NCBI GenBank assembly: GCA_963781585.1 | Contig: CAWAGQ010000003.1 | Location: 1-64,000, forward strand | Length of the DNA: 64,000 bases | Reading direction: 5' to 3' | DNA from: an uncultured Gemmatimonadaceae bacterium | Lineage (GTDB): Bacteria > Gemmatimonadota > Gemmatimonadetes > Gemmatimonadales > Gemmatimonadaceae | Shown: one piece after another, positions 1 to 7,792 of the stretch | Numbering within the stretch: the first letter of the stretch is position 1 | Layout: every line of letters starts with the position of its first letter | Notes under the pieces: model-generated | Told to the model about the DNA's origin: nothing | What the model saw: only the letters and a program-made list of their open reading frames with translations | The model's database searches: none | Made by a program: the position numbers and the translations under genes

Positions 1-372
1 CCACCCCGGCCACCGAATCGAGCAACGCCACCGCACCGTCCAGCACCCGCAGCGACCGCTCCACTTCGACCGTGAAGTCGACGTGACCCGGCGTGTGGAT
101 GATGTTGATGCGGTACTCCGGACGGCTTCGTTTTCAGTACCGGTTCCATGCCGCCGCCAGAAGCAGGTCGTGGCCGCAGACGTGATGGTGATGCCCCGCT
201 CCTGTTCCTGCTCCATCCAGTCCATGGTGGCGGCACCGTCATGGACCTCCCCCATCTTGTACGACTTGCCCGTGTAGTAGAGAATGCGCTCGGTCGTAGT
301 CGTCTTCCCGGCATCGATGTGCGCCATGATGCCGATGTTGCGATACAGGTCGAGCGGTGTTGTACGTGGCAT
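1..372 (-). CDS. fusA: Elongation factor G, N-terminal part (runs off window)
   Basis: Manual translation from ATG at 372: [35 protein letters not shown]...[19 protein letters not shown]...DTPGHVDF; not in ORF track. Confidence 0.97.
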   Translation of the reverse strand, partial: MPRTTPLDLYRNIGIMAHIDAGKTTTTERILYYTGKSYKMGEVHDGAATMDWMEQEQERGITITSAATTCFWRRHGTGTENEAVRSTASTSSTRRVTSTSRSKWSGRCGCWTVRWRCSIRWPGW

Positions 373-612
373 GAGTCTGGTTGAGTCGTGCGCCGGAACG
401 TCGCCGTCAGGCGCCGCGAGCCGGATCGGTGCCGATGTGGTCGGAGCGTGGCGTCCCACGGGCCCGCGCCGCGAGTGCAGCTGTCAATTGTCCGTCCGCG
501 ATCCCGTGGCGACTGCGGCGTTCGCTCAATTGGGGTCCGACCGCCAGCGACGGGCTCCGCATCCACCGCCGCTTCGGACATTCTCGCATCGACGCCGCGT
601 GGCGCCGCCACG

Positions 613-665
613 AAAAACGCGGGTGGACCAGGCGCTCCTTTTGGCAGGAGCCGGTGTCCATCCGC
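613..665 (-). terminator. Putative intrinsic terminator/attenuator hairpin upstream of fusA
   Basis: Minus strand GCGGATGGAC...GCTCCT-loop-AGGAGC...GTCCACCCGC followed by GTTTTT. Confidence 0.45.
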
Positions 666-904
666 CCTCGCCGGGTGCACCCGCTAAAGCGGATGGGGAC
701 CCACGGCGCGCCGAGTGAGCGACCTCGACGATAAATTGTCCTGCGTCGCTTTTCGGGGGGGATCACGCGATCTCGCGCTACCCCGGCCCTTCGAGAAGCC
801 CTCGCGACCGTCGCGAGCCCATGGGAGTCGACGCGCAGTTCGTCGACGTTCACGGTGCTTCCGATGACCAGTCCTGATCGCAAGACGGTCTACGGTAGCC
901 GCTT

Positions 905-933
905 AATTTGCACGGGCGGCAAGGGGAAGTCAA
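905..933 (-). promoter_or_regulatory. Putative sigma70-type promoter facing fusA
   Basis: TTGACT-N17-CAAATT on the minus strand. Confidence 0.45.
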
Positions 934-940
934 CGCTTCG

Positions 941-1077
941 GTTACGCGGGCGGTGGCTCACCGAGCCACTACCGTTACGCGGGGTCATGTCCGGTTCGGA
1001 CAAGACCGTTACGCAGGCCCTGGTAACGGTACCAGTGCCGTTACGCGCGGTAGTGGGCAACGGGGAGAGCCATTGCC
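941..1077. repeat. Array of four GTTACGC linkers, each followed by a variable hairpin
   Basis: GTTACGC at 941, 974, 1008, 1040; stems at 949-973, 983-1007, 1016-1039, 1049-1077. Confidence 0.8.
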
Positions 1078-1180
1078 ATCGACTGGCACCAATCGCGGGA
1101 CCCTGCACCGCAAATCGATGGCGAATGCCCCCCGCCGCTCTTTCACCTACCCGCTGGCAGCCGGCCCCCGCGCGGACTGC

Positions 1181-2389
1181 CTAGCCGGCACTTGGCCGCG
1201 CGAAGAGCACCTCATGAAGGTAGCGGCGCCACGCCACACTCCGACGCGCGTGTCCGGCCATGCGCTTCATCAGGCTCGGCGCCACGCCAGCGGTAACAAT
1301 CTCCTTCGGCGCGTGCCATGGCCGAATAGCACCGTGGCCGCTTCGACGTGGCCGGATGGCGGCGCTCCAGAGCACGGCGCTCAGCTGGTGCGAGGGACAG
1401 AACGCGTCCGACGGCAACAACTGCAACTCGAGATGGCGTGACAGCGGACCAAGCAGGTACTCGCTGCGATAGGGTCTCAACGCCGCCTCCACCCAGGAGG
1501 GCACGTCGAGCCCCCCGCGTGCGTGCGCAACATGAAAGGTCCAGTAGCAGCAGCTGGCTGCATGATGCGCGACCGCCTCGCGCACGATCAGATCCCAGTC
1601 CGTCGCGCCCGCATTCGTCAAAACACTGACATCCCTCACCGCGCGCCAGGCGCCGAAGCGCATCATGTGCGACCAGGCGAAGTGCACACACGTGTGCAGC
1701 AGAGAGTGGGTGGTTGACGGTACGAAGACCGAACCGGGGACACTCTCCAGGCGCCGCGCATCCTGCAGGATCTCGCTCCGGGAAAGGCCAAACCGGTGAC
1801 CCGGCACGAAAAGATCCGTATGCAGCTCCAGCCGCACCCCAGTCCCTTCGCTGTCCAGCAGGGGTGGGCCATGCTGATGCCCCTTATAGCGCCGCCGGGG
1901 ATAGTCGCCCTCTGACTCGACCCACCCAGCTCGACATGCCGCTTCAAACGCGCCCTCCATGTCCTCGGGCGCCACCAGCAGATCCAGGTCCATCATCGGC
2001 CGGTCCGTGAACGACGCATAGACCGTCTTCGCGAGCGCGGCGCCCTTGAGGAGAATCACCGGTACTCGGGCACGGTCGAACTCGCGCAGCGTCGTTTCGA
2101 GGCGGTCACCGAGCAGAGCCGCACGAAACTCGGAGATCGTCGCGAGGCGTGCCAGGCGGATCCGCTGGCTGTCGGGAACCGCCGGCGTTGAAATGGACCG
2201 CAGCTGACGCCATATCACTCCGGCGGCCCCCTCCCGCACCGCCAGCGCGATCAGCAGGTCCCAGTCGATAGACCCCTGCTCCATCTCGGCCTGCATGGCG
2301 CGCACGCCGTTGGGACCCGCGGAGGCCAGGAGCAGACGAGAGGTTGCATTCATGGGCGCGCTCTCGATTGCAGCGAGGAGGGGCAGCAT
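1181..2389 (-). CDS. Nucleotidyltransferase family protein (NTP_transf_5-like), RiPP-cluster associated
   Basis: LLKGAAL and RPMMDLDLLV motifs, ELH; start may be the ATG at 2353. Confidence 0.8.
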   Translation of the reverse strand: MLPLLAAIESAPMNATSRLLLASAGPNGVRAMQAEMEQGSIDWDLLIALAVREGAAGVIWRQLRSISTPAVPDSQRIRLARLATISEFRAALLGDRLETTLREFDRARVPVILLKGAALAKTVYASFTDRPMMDLDLLVAPEDMEGAFEAACRAGWVESEGDYPRRRYKGHQHGPPLLDSEGTGVRLELHTDLFVPGHRFGLSRSEILQDARRLESVPGSVFVPSTTHSLLHTCVHFAWSHMMRFGAWRAVRDVSVLTNAGATDWDLIVREAVAHHAASCCYWTFHVAHARGGLDVPSWVEAALRPYRSEYLLGPLSRHLELQLLPSDAFCPSHQLSAVLWSAAIRPRRSGHGAIRPWHAPKEIVTAGVAPSLMKRMAGHARRSVAWRRYLHEVLFARPSAG

Positions 2390-2392
2390 ACC

Positions 2393-3364
2393 TCAGCCCT
2401 TGGCAACACGTGACTCCGCCAGGACATCACGCTTGGCGGGCGCCGCGGCGTGCCATTCCCTGATCAATGTCACGACTTCCTCCAACCGATCAAGCTCGCG
2501 AGTGATGCTCAGGTCGTACACCGGAACCGTGTCCGCCAGTGCCGCCGCTATCTCGAAAGACCGTGCGGCAGCACGCCCGTCCAGCAGCGAGCCCAGCTTC
2601 CGATAACCAACAAACGTTAGCGCGCTCTCGGTGATGGAGCAACGCGTTCGCGTCGCGGCAGGCGTCCGCGGGTCTACCGGCGCTGGCGCAAGTCGGTAGG
2701 CCGCCTGCAACGGGGTGCGCTCCAGGCCAACCGACGAAACCGCCCCCGGCCGGTACGCCATCTTCCCGCCGAGTCGGGGGTCATGGAAGGGCAGCGCCAC
2801 CGTCGTCGCCGAATCCTCGCGCAGGCGGATGCTCTGTACGCCGGCGCGGAGCAATGGGGGATCCCCCGGATCTACGCTCAGAGTGTCGTCGGTGATGAGA
2901 CGCGCTCCCGACCGCACAAGGGCCGCCGCCAAGGTCGACTTCCCGAAGAACTTCGGTGCCAGAAACGCGATTCCCTGGCCGTCCAGATCCACTGCCGACG
3001 CATGCAGCGTGAGAACACCGCGCGCGTGGAGCGTGAAGGCAAGCACCCGCCCGAGGATGTCGGTGAGGACCGCGTCGCTGGGTTGCACGCCCCCGCTCCA
3101 CCAGGTAATCCGGGTCCCATCGGACGAAAGATCAAATGTCCCGGTGTCGTCGTAGGTGAGACGGTAGCCGGAGCGCGTTTCGTACGATCGGACCATCACG
3201 TCCGTCGTGACGAGTTCCTCGCCGAGTTTCTGCTGAACCACCGCTGGTGCGGGCTCGGCTCTTCGCTCGAGGACGCAATCGAATCGACCCTCCTCGACTG
3301 GCTCCGCGTCAGCGAGGTCAACCTCTGATCGGAGGAGGAGTCCAAAAACAGAATAGGTAGGCAC
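2393..3364 (-). CDS. HPr kinase-like protein (candidate lasso peptide kinase)
   Basis: LHASAV, variant P-loop APKFFGKST, LITDD. Confidence 0.8.
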   Translation of the reverse strand: MPTYSVFGLLLRSEVDLADAEPVEEGRFDCVLERRAEPAPAVVQQKLGEELVTTDVMVRSYETRSGYRLTYDDTGTFDLSSDGTRITWWSGGVQPSDAVLTDILGRVLAFTLHARGVLTLHASAVDLDGQGIAFLAPKFFGKSTLAAALVRSGARLITDDTLSVDPGDPPLLRAGVQSIRLREDSATTVALPFHDPRLGGKMAYRPGAVSSVGLERTPLQAAYRLAPAPVDPRTPAATRTRCSITESALTFVGYRKLGSLLDGRAAARSFEIAAALADTVPVYDLSITRELDRLEEVVTLIREWHAAAPAKRDVLAESRVAKG

Positions 3365-3416
3365 GGCCGGTCGATCAGAGGGGGCGGCAGTTGTCGATCA
3401 TCACTTGGTCAGGCAA

Positions 3417-3433
3417 TGCAAAGCCGACGCCAG
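3417..3433 (-). promoter_or_regulatory. Possible sigma54 -24/-12 promoter for the kinase-nucleotidyltransferase genes
   Basis: CTGGCGTCGGCTTTGCA with correct GG-N10-GC spacing, about 50 nt before the kinase start. Confidence 0.4.
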
Positions 3434-3554
3434 ACGAGCCCGATTTTCACGCAAGCACCGCCTCGGCTGCAGCTCCGAATGGGGGGTTCGATGCTTCCCG
3501 TCGGACCCGCGCCGCTTAGGGCATCGCTGGTTACGGTGCGGCGCCCCCGCAACG

Positions 3555-3597
3555 AAAATGCCGCATCCGCTCTGCAATAGCAGAAGCGGAAGCGGCA
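3555..3597 (-). terminator. Putative terminator downstream of the precursor gene
   Basis: TGCCGCTTCCGCTTCTGC-TATT-GCAGAGCGGATGCGGCA-TTTT on the minus strand. Confidence 0.55.
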
Positions 3598-3713
3598 CAC
3601 CGATGAAGCGGGCTACGCCCTTCAGATAGACCTATGACGCGTCGAGATCAGCAGATCAGGCCAAAGCCGTCGGTCGCGTTACAAGAGTGCTTCCGACGTC
3701 GCACGCCTTCGAC

Positions 3714-3854
3714 TCAGGAACGGGGAGGCATCCCCTTGTCATATCCCTGTCCGGGGTACACCAAGTCCGCCGCAAACAAAACGGTCTTTCCAGGAATGGA
3801 CAGAGTCAGTTCGCGAAAGCTGCCGAACCGCTGTAGCTGGGGTGTCTCGTACAT
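3714..3854 (-). CDS. Lasso-type RiPP precursor peptide, 46 aa
   Basis: MYETPQLQRFGSFRELTLSIPGKTVLFAADLVYPGQGYDKGMPPRS; YxxPxL and Gx5T leader motifs; GGAGG RBS; absent from the ORF track. Confidence 0.88.
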   Translation of the reverse strand: MYETPQLQRFGSFRELTLSIPGKTVLFAADLVYPGQGYDKGMPPRS

Positions 3855-3890
3855 CCTCGCCTCCAGAGAATTAAGATATCCCTAGGTAGT

Positions 3891-3907
3891 AGCAAGTCTC
3901 ATACCAG
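3891..3907 (-). promoter_or_regulatory. Sigma54 (RpoN)-type -24/-12 promoter of the precursor gene
   Basis: CTGGTATGAGACTTGCT matches YTGGYAYR-N4-TTGCW, 36 nt before the ATG. Confidence 0.7.
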
Positions 3908-3956
3908 TCGTGGTCTACCTGCCGCCATGTCTGCACCCACGCTTGGGGCCTCCAAG

Positions 3957-5864
3957 CTAGGCCCGCCGCTCCCGGTCCGCAAGCCATCTCTCGGTCAGCA
4001 AGGTCATCAAAAGTCGCGATCCCAGCAGGTGCCCGCCCTGCTCGGCATATACTGCCGATGCCCGACGGAGCAGACCTACGTCCACGAGGCCCATTCTGAT
4101 GAGAACCGCTGACCCGCCGACGCGGAATGTGGTCTCGATTCGGGACGGAAGCGCCTTGAGCAGGCTGCGCTGGACGTAGTCCACGGGCGCCCCGGTCTTG
4201 GAGGGGCGCGGCGCAAGCACCGAGTCCGGGAGTAGCCCCCGCATGGCGTGGCGGAGAAGCACCTTGATCTCGTCGTTCCGGTTCCGCTCCTCAATGGGCC
4301 TCCGTGCGGCGAATTCGACGATCCGCCGATCCAGGAATGGCGAGCGAAGCTCCACTCCCTCGTCCCAGGCGAAAGCGTGAGTCGCCGACGCCAATCGCCA
4401 GAGCAGTGGGTTCGTGAGCAGATACCGCGCCTCGAACGCGGCGGCGCCCTCCCCGGCCAGTCGAGCGCTCACCGGCGGCCGCAGGGCGCGCGAGAGGCCC
4501 GCCGTGAGACGCAACCAATCGGGCGCGGTGAAATCCCAGAATCCGTGAAGCGGCCGTCCACGGACAGCGCCGATCCAATCGATTGTGTCCGGCGCGAGCA
4601 AGGGAAGGATGCATGCGCGCAGGAAGTCGCGTACGTCGTTTCGGCCCCACTGCCGCCAGGCGGCAACCAGGCGCGAGACCTCACCCCGACGCAGGTGGTC
4701 GGCAAGCACGGCGCTGGATGCCATGAAGAGGAAATCTCCCCCGTTTCCGTCGAAGGCCACACGCGCGCCGAGCGACCGGGTCACCTGAGCCAACCGCCGC
4801 TGCACCGCCTCGAATGGGTGCGCCATCGGGTCGTCGCGCCGCCATGCCATCGCGTCGAGCGGGTCCAGGAGAGGAATATCATCTACGGATAGCCAGCTCA
4901 CGGGCACTCGCCAATGAGCAGCGATCGCCGTAATAAGCTCGTCCTCGCGGCCCCGGTCGCCGGGCGGATACGAAAGCGAAACCGGTAACACTTCCACCGG
5001 CGGTGCACCCCGCGCTGACATCGCGCTCCGTGCCGAAGCGAACAGGGCAGGGGAATCCCAGCCGCCGCTCATCCAGACCACTCCCCTCCCCTGTCTGGGA
5101 AGCCGTGCTACCATCGCGTCCTCCAGCAGGCCGCGCAGTTCCACGGCGCCCTGGTCGAGCGAGCTGCTGTTTCCGCTGTCGGAGAACTCCGTGGGTGCCC
5201 ACTGATGGAGGAGGTACGGCCGCCCTCCGCGCTCGATGCAGACCGTGCCTCCGGGAGGCACTACCCGCACCGCCCCGAATGCTGTTCGATCTCCGGGCAG
5301 CGCCAGCCCCGCGGCTGAGGTCGCGATCATGTCCAGGTCGTAATCCGACGGGACACCCGGAAAGTCTGCCACCGCGCTTGCGGTCGAGGCCACCACCACC
5401 GTGCCGTCGTCCGCCACCGCGTAGTTCAGCGAGCGTCGCCCGCCGAACTCACGCACCAGCAGCAGCCGCCAAGACCTCTTGTCGAAGACGATGAGGGCGT
5501 AGTCACCCTCGAGATGGCGCGCGACGTCGGTGCCCCACACGCGAACTGCCGCGGCCACCAGTTCCGCCGACGCCGAACGGCTGGGCAGCGCCCCACGGTC
5601 GGACAAGCGGCGACGCAAGTCGGCGAGATAGTACAGACTGGCATCAGCGGCTATGACGTGGCTCTCCGTTTCGTAGACGACGGGTCCCGTCCAGCCACTG
5701 AGTTCGGCTTCCCATGGGTGGCGCCCCCCTGCGACCACCGATGAGTCATCGCTCCAGAATTCGATCGACCCGTCCCCGGATGCGAACGTCCCGCCCAGCA
5801 TGGCGGCTACGGCCGTCGGGTTGTCATGGGCGAGCGGCCCGAATGCAGCGGCCAGTGCGGTCAC
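3957..5864 (-). CDS. Lasso cyclase (asparagine synthetase-like, C protein)
   Basis: SGGWDS PP-loop, DGNGGD, RSPFLDRRIVEF, K..LR..M..LLP; GTG start overlaps the B2 stop; no N-terminal catalytic Cys. Confidence 0.88.
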   Translation of the reverse strand: MTALAAAFGPLAHDNPTAVAAMLGGTFASGDGSIEFWSDDSSVVAGGRHPWEAELSGWTGPVVYETESHVIAADASLYYLADLRRRLSDRGALPSRSASAELVAAAVRVWGTDVARHLEGDYALIVFDKRSWRLLLVREFGGRRSLNYAVADDGTVVVASTASAVADFPGVPSDYDLDMIATSAAGLALPGDRTAFGAVRVVPPGGTVCIERGGRPYLLHQWAPTEFSDSGNSSSLDQGAVELRGLLEDAMVARLPRQGRGVVWMSGGWDSPALFASARSAMSARGAPPVEVLPVSLSYPPGDRGREDELITAIAAHWRVPVSWLSVDDIPLLDPLDAMAWRRDDPMAHPFEAVQRRLAQVTRSLGARVAFDGNGGDFLFMASSAVLADHLRRGEVSRLVAAWRQWGRNDVRDFLRACILPLLAPDTIDWIGAVRGRPLHGFWDFTAPDWLRLTAGLSRALRPPVSARLAGEGAAAFEARYLLTNPLLWRLASATHAFAWDEGVELRSPFLDRRIVEFAARRPIEERNRNDEIKVLLRHAMRGLLPDSVLAPRPSKTGAPVDYVQRSLLKALPSRIETTFRVGGSAVLIRMGLVDVGLLRRASAVYAEQGGHLLGSRLLMTLLTERWLADRERRA

Positions 5865-6379
5865 ATTCTCTCGAAAACGTTCAAGCCGTCCACTTCGCGC
5901 AGGTCGGTTACCTCCGACTCCGAGTCGATCAGCTTCGCGCCGGCGTACTCCACCCATGCATGTGCTTTCAAGGCGCCGTCCCGCATCTGGACGCCCACTC
6001 GCACCTGTGCCCCCTGCAGGTGGGCGCGGTCAAGGAGCATGCGTGTGGCAAGCGCCCGCGCCAGGCATGACCCACGGACCAGGCCGTGCTCCGCCACGCG
6101 GCGCACGGCGATGGCGAGCTCGCGCGCCCGGTCAACGCGCTCCGGCAACGTGGCAGCCGACATCCCATCGGGCGTCGGGACCGCCGAAAGCAGCGTACCG
6201 CGTTTCCTGAATCTCAGCGTAAGTCGGGCTTCCACCAGCGCGAGTTGCGCGCGGACCAGGTCGCCCTGTGCCCGTGGCGGGAGCCTACGGAGCGTCCGCA
6301 GGCGATGAAGAATGGCCCGGCCCCTCGACTGGCGTCTCGCCGGCCGCCGATGTGGCCAGCCCCGCGGCCACCAGCTCAC
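5861..6379 (-). CDS. Lasso leader peptidase B2 (transglutaminase-like)
   Basis: CLARALA and AHAWVE catalytic Cys/His motifs; start uncertain, probably nearer 6310. Confidence 0.88.
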   Translation of the reverse strand: MSWWPRGWPHRRPARRQSRGRAILHRLRTLRRLPPRAQGDLVRAQLALVEARLTLRFRKRGTLLSAVPTPDGMSAATLPERVDRARELAIAVRRVAEHGLVRGSCLARALATRMLLDRAHLQGAQVRVGVQMRDGALKAHAWVEYAGAKLIDSESEVTDLREVDGLNVFERM

Positions 6380-6626
6380 GCAGGAATTCGATCGTGTCGC
6401 GGCGAATGCGTTCGATACTCACGTTGGCGAACTCGCGGGCCAGCACCGCGATCATCTCGCTGAAGGTCCTGGAATTCGGCGGCAGCAGGGACCAGATCCG
6501 GGCGCCAACGCGATTCACGCCGAAATACACTTCGTCGTCGGTGGACAGCAGCACGCCGCCCTCGTCGAGTTGTTTGAACACGACCGACGGGCTCGGAACG
6601 GGTAGGGCAAAATCGGATTCGGTCAT
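6285..6626 (-). CDS. PqqD-family RiPP recognition element (lasso B1)
   Basis: LDEGGVLL...YFGVNRVGARIWSLL...FLRELVAAGL; ATG at 6626 with upstream AGGAG. Confidence 0.88.
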   Translation of the reverse strand: MTESDFALPVPSPSVVFKQLDEGGVLLSTDDEVYFGVNRVGARIWSLLPPNSRTFSEMIAVLAREFANVSIERIRRDTIEFLRELVAAGLATSAAGETPVEGPGHSSSPADAP

Positions 6627-6783
6627 GGCTGTGGCCCGCGCTCCTGACGCTGTCCCTGCCGCCGGCGATCCGGGAGGGCTACTGCACTCCTCCAGGACGC
6701 TGACAACCCCTACGTGCACGCGAGGTGCAGACTGCCCGAGTACTTCGACGCCCGGCACGGCCGAGGAGTCACGCCGCCGCGCG

Positions 6784-7254
6784 TTACCAGCGATAGTGCG
6801 CGAACGCCTTGTTGGCTTCCGCCATCCGGTGAGTGTCTTCCTTCTTCTTGATCGCGTTCCCCTCACCCTTCGACGCGGCGATGACTTCAGCTGCGAGCTT
6901 CTCGGCCATTGACTTCTCGTTCCGATCGCGGGAATAGAGAATCAGCCAGCGCATGCCGAGCGCGGTGCGGCGCTCCGGGCGCACCTCGACCGGTACCTGG
7001 TAGGTGGCGCCGCCGACGCGACGGCTCTTCACCTCGACCACGGGTTTGAGATTGGACAGCGCCTGCTTGAAGACGTTGACACCCGGTTGACTGGTGCGCG
7101 ATTCAACGAGGTCCATGGCGCCGTAAAAAATCCGCTCGGCGACCGACTTCTTTCCCTCGTACATGAGGCAGTTGATGAACTTCGAGACGGTCTGGCTGTC
7201 GTAGCGCGCGTCGGCGAGCACCGGGCGCTTGATCCCCTTTTTCCGTCGACTCAC
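6784..7254 (-). CDS. rpsG: 30S ribosomal protein S7
   Basis: [15 protein letters not shown]...[15 protein letters not shown]. Confidence 0.99.
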   Translation of the reverse strand: MSRRKKGIKRPVLADARYDSQTVSKFINCLMYEGKKSVAERIFYGAMDLVESRTSQPGVNVFKQALSNLKPVVEVKSRRVGGATYQVPVEVRPERRTALGMRWLILYSRDRNEKSMAEKLAAEVIAASKGEGNAIKKKEDTHRMAEANKAFAHYRW

Positions 7255-7643
7255 TTCTTTCCTCCGGTGGCGGGCTTGGGCCGCTTGGTACCGTATTTGG
7301 AGCGGCTGCGATTGCGTCCCGTCACGCCGGCGGCGTCGAGCGTGCCGCGCACAATGTGATAACGGACGCCGGGAAGGTCCTTCACCCGGCCACCGCGCAC
7401 CAGCACGATGGAGTGTTCCTGCAGATTGTGTCCTTCACCGGGAATGTAGGCAATCACCTCGAACCCGTTCGTTAGGCGCACCTTGGCGACCTTGCGGAGC
7501 GCCGAGTTCGGCTTCTTGGGCGTGGTGGTATAGACACGCGTGCACACACCTCGGCGAAACGGATTCTGGCGCAACGCGGGCGTCTTGCCCTTTCGGCCCA
7601 CGTCGCGGCGCCCCCGCCGCACGAGCTGGCTGATGGTCGGCAT
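7251..7643 (-). CDS. rpsL: 30S ribosomal protein S12
   Basis: MPTISQLVR...[11 protein letters not shown]...[10 protein letters not shown]. Confidence 0.99.
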   Translation of the reverse strand: MPTISQLVRRGRRDVGRKGKTPALRQNPFRRGVCTRVYTTTPKKPNSALRKVAKVRLTNGFEVIAYIPGEGHNLQEHSIVLVRGGRVKDLPGVRYHIVRGTLDAAGVTGRNRSRSKYGTKRPKPATGGKK

Positions 7644-7697
7644 TCAGTCGGGATTGGACGACAAACACGCCCCGGAGCCGGGGCGCAGGAGACTTGT

Positions 7698-7727
7698 ATC
7701 ATAGACGCGCCCCATGGCGGCAGTCAA
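7698..7727 (-). promoter_or_regulatory. Sigma70-type promoter of the str operon
   Basis: TTGACT-N18-TATGAT, about 55 nt upstream of rpsL. Confidence 0.65.
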
Positions 7728-7792
7728 GGCAAGCGCGAGGGGCTTCGCGTGCCGCGCGACGCCCCTGCGCTCACCGCTGTCCCGCGTCCGCA

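Noticed and set aside
941..1077. CRISPR array interpretation of the GTTACGC repeats
   Set aside because: The repeat is only 7-10 nt, the spacers are self-complementary and there are no cas genes.
3365..3713. A second precursor peptide between the precursor and kinase genes
   Set aside because: I found no YxxP/Gx5T leader or RBS; the short ORFs there overlap a terminator-like hairpin.
373..6783. Lasso cluster as a recent mobile element
   Set aside because: No recombinase or flanking direct repeats noticed. The absence of the GCCTAACG octamer here (about 2 expected) is too weak to count.
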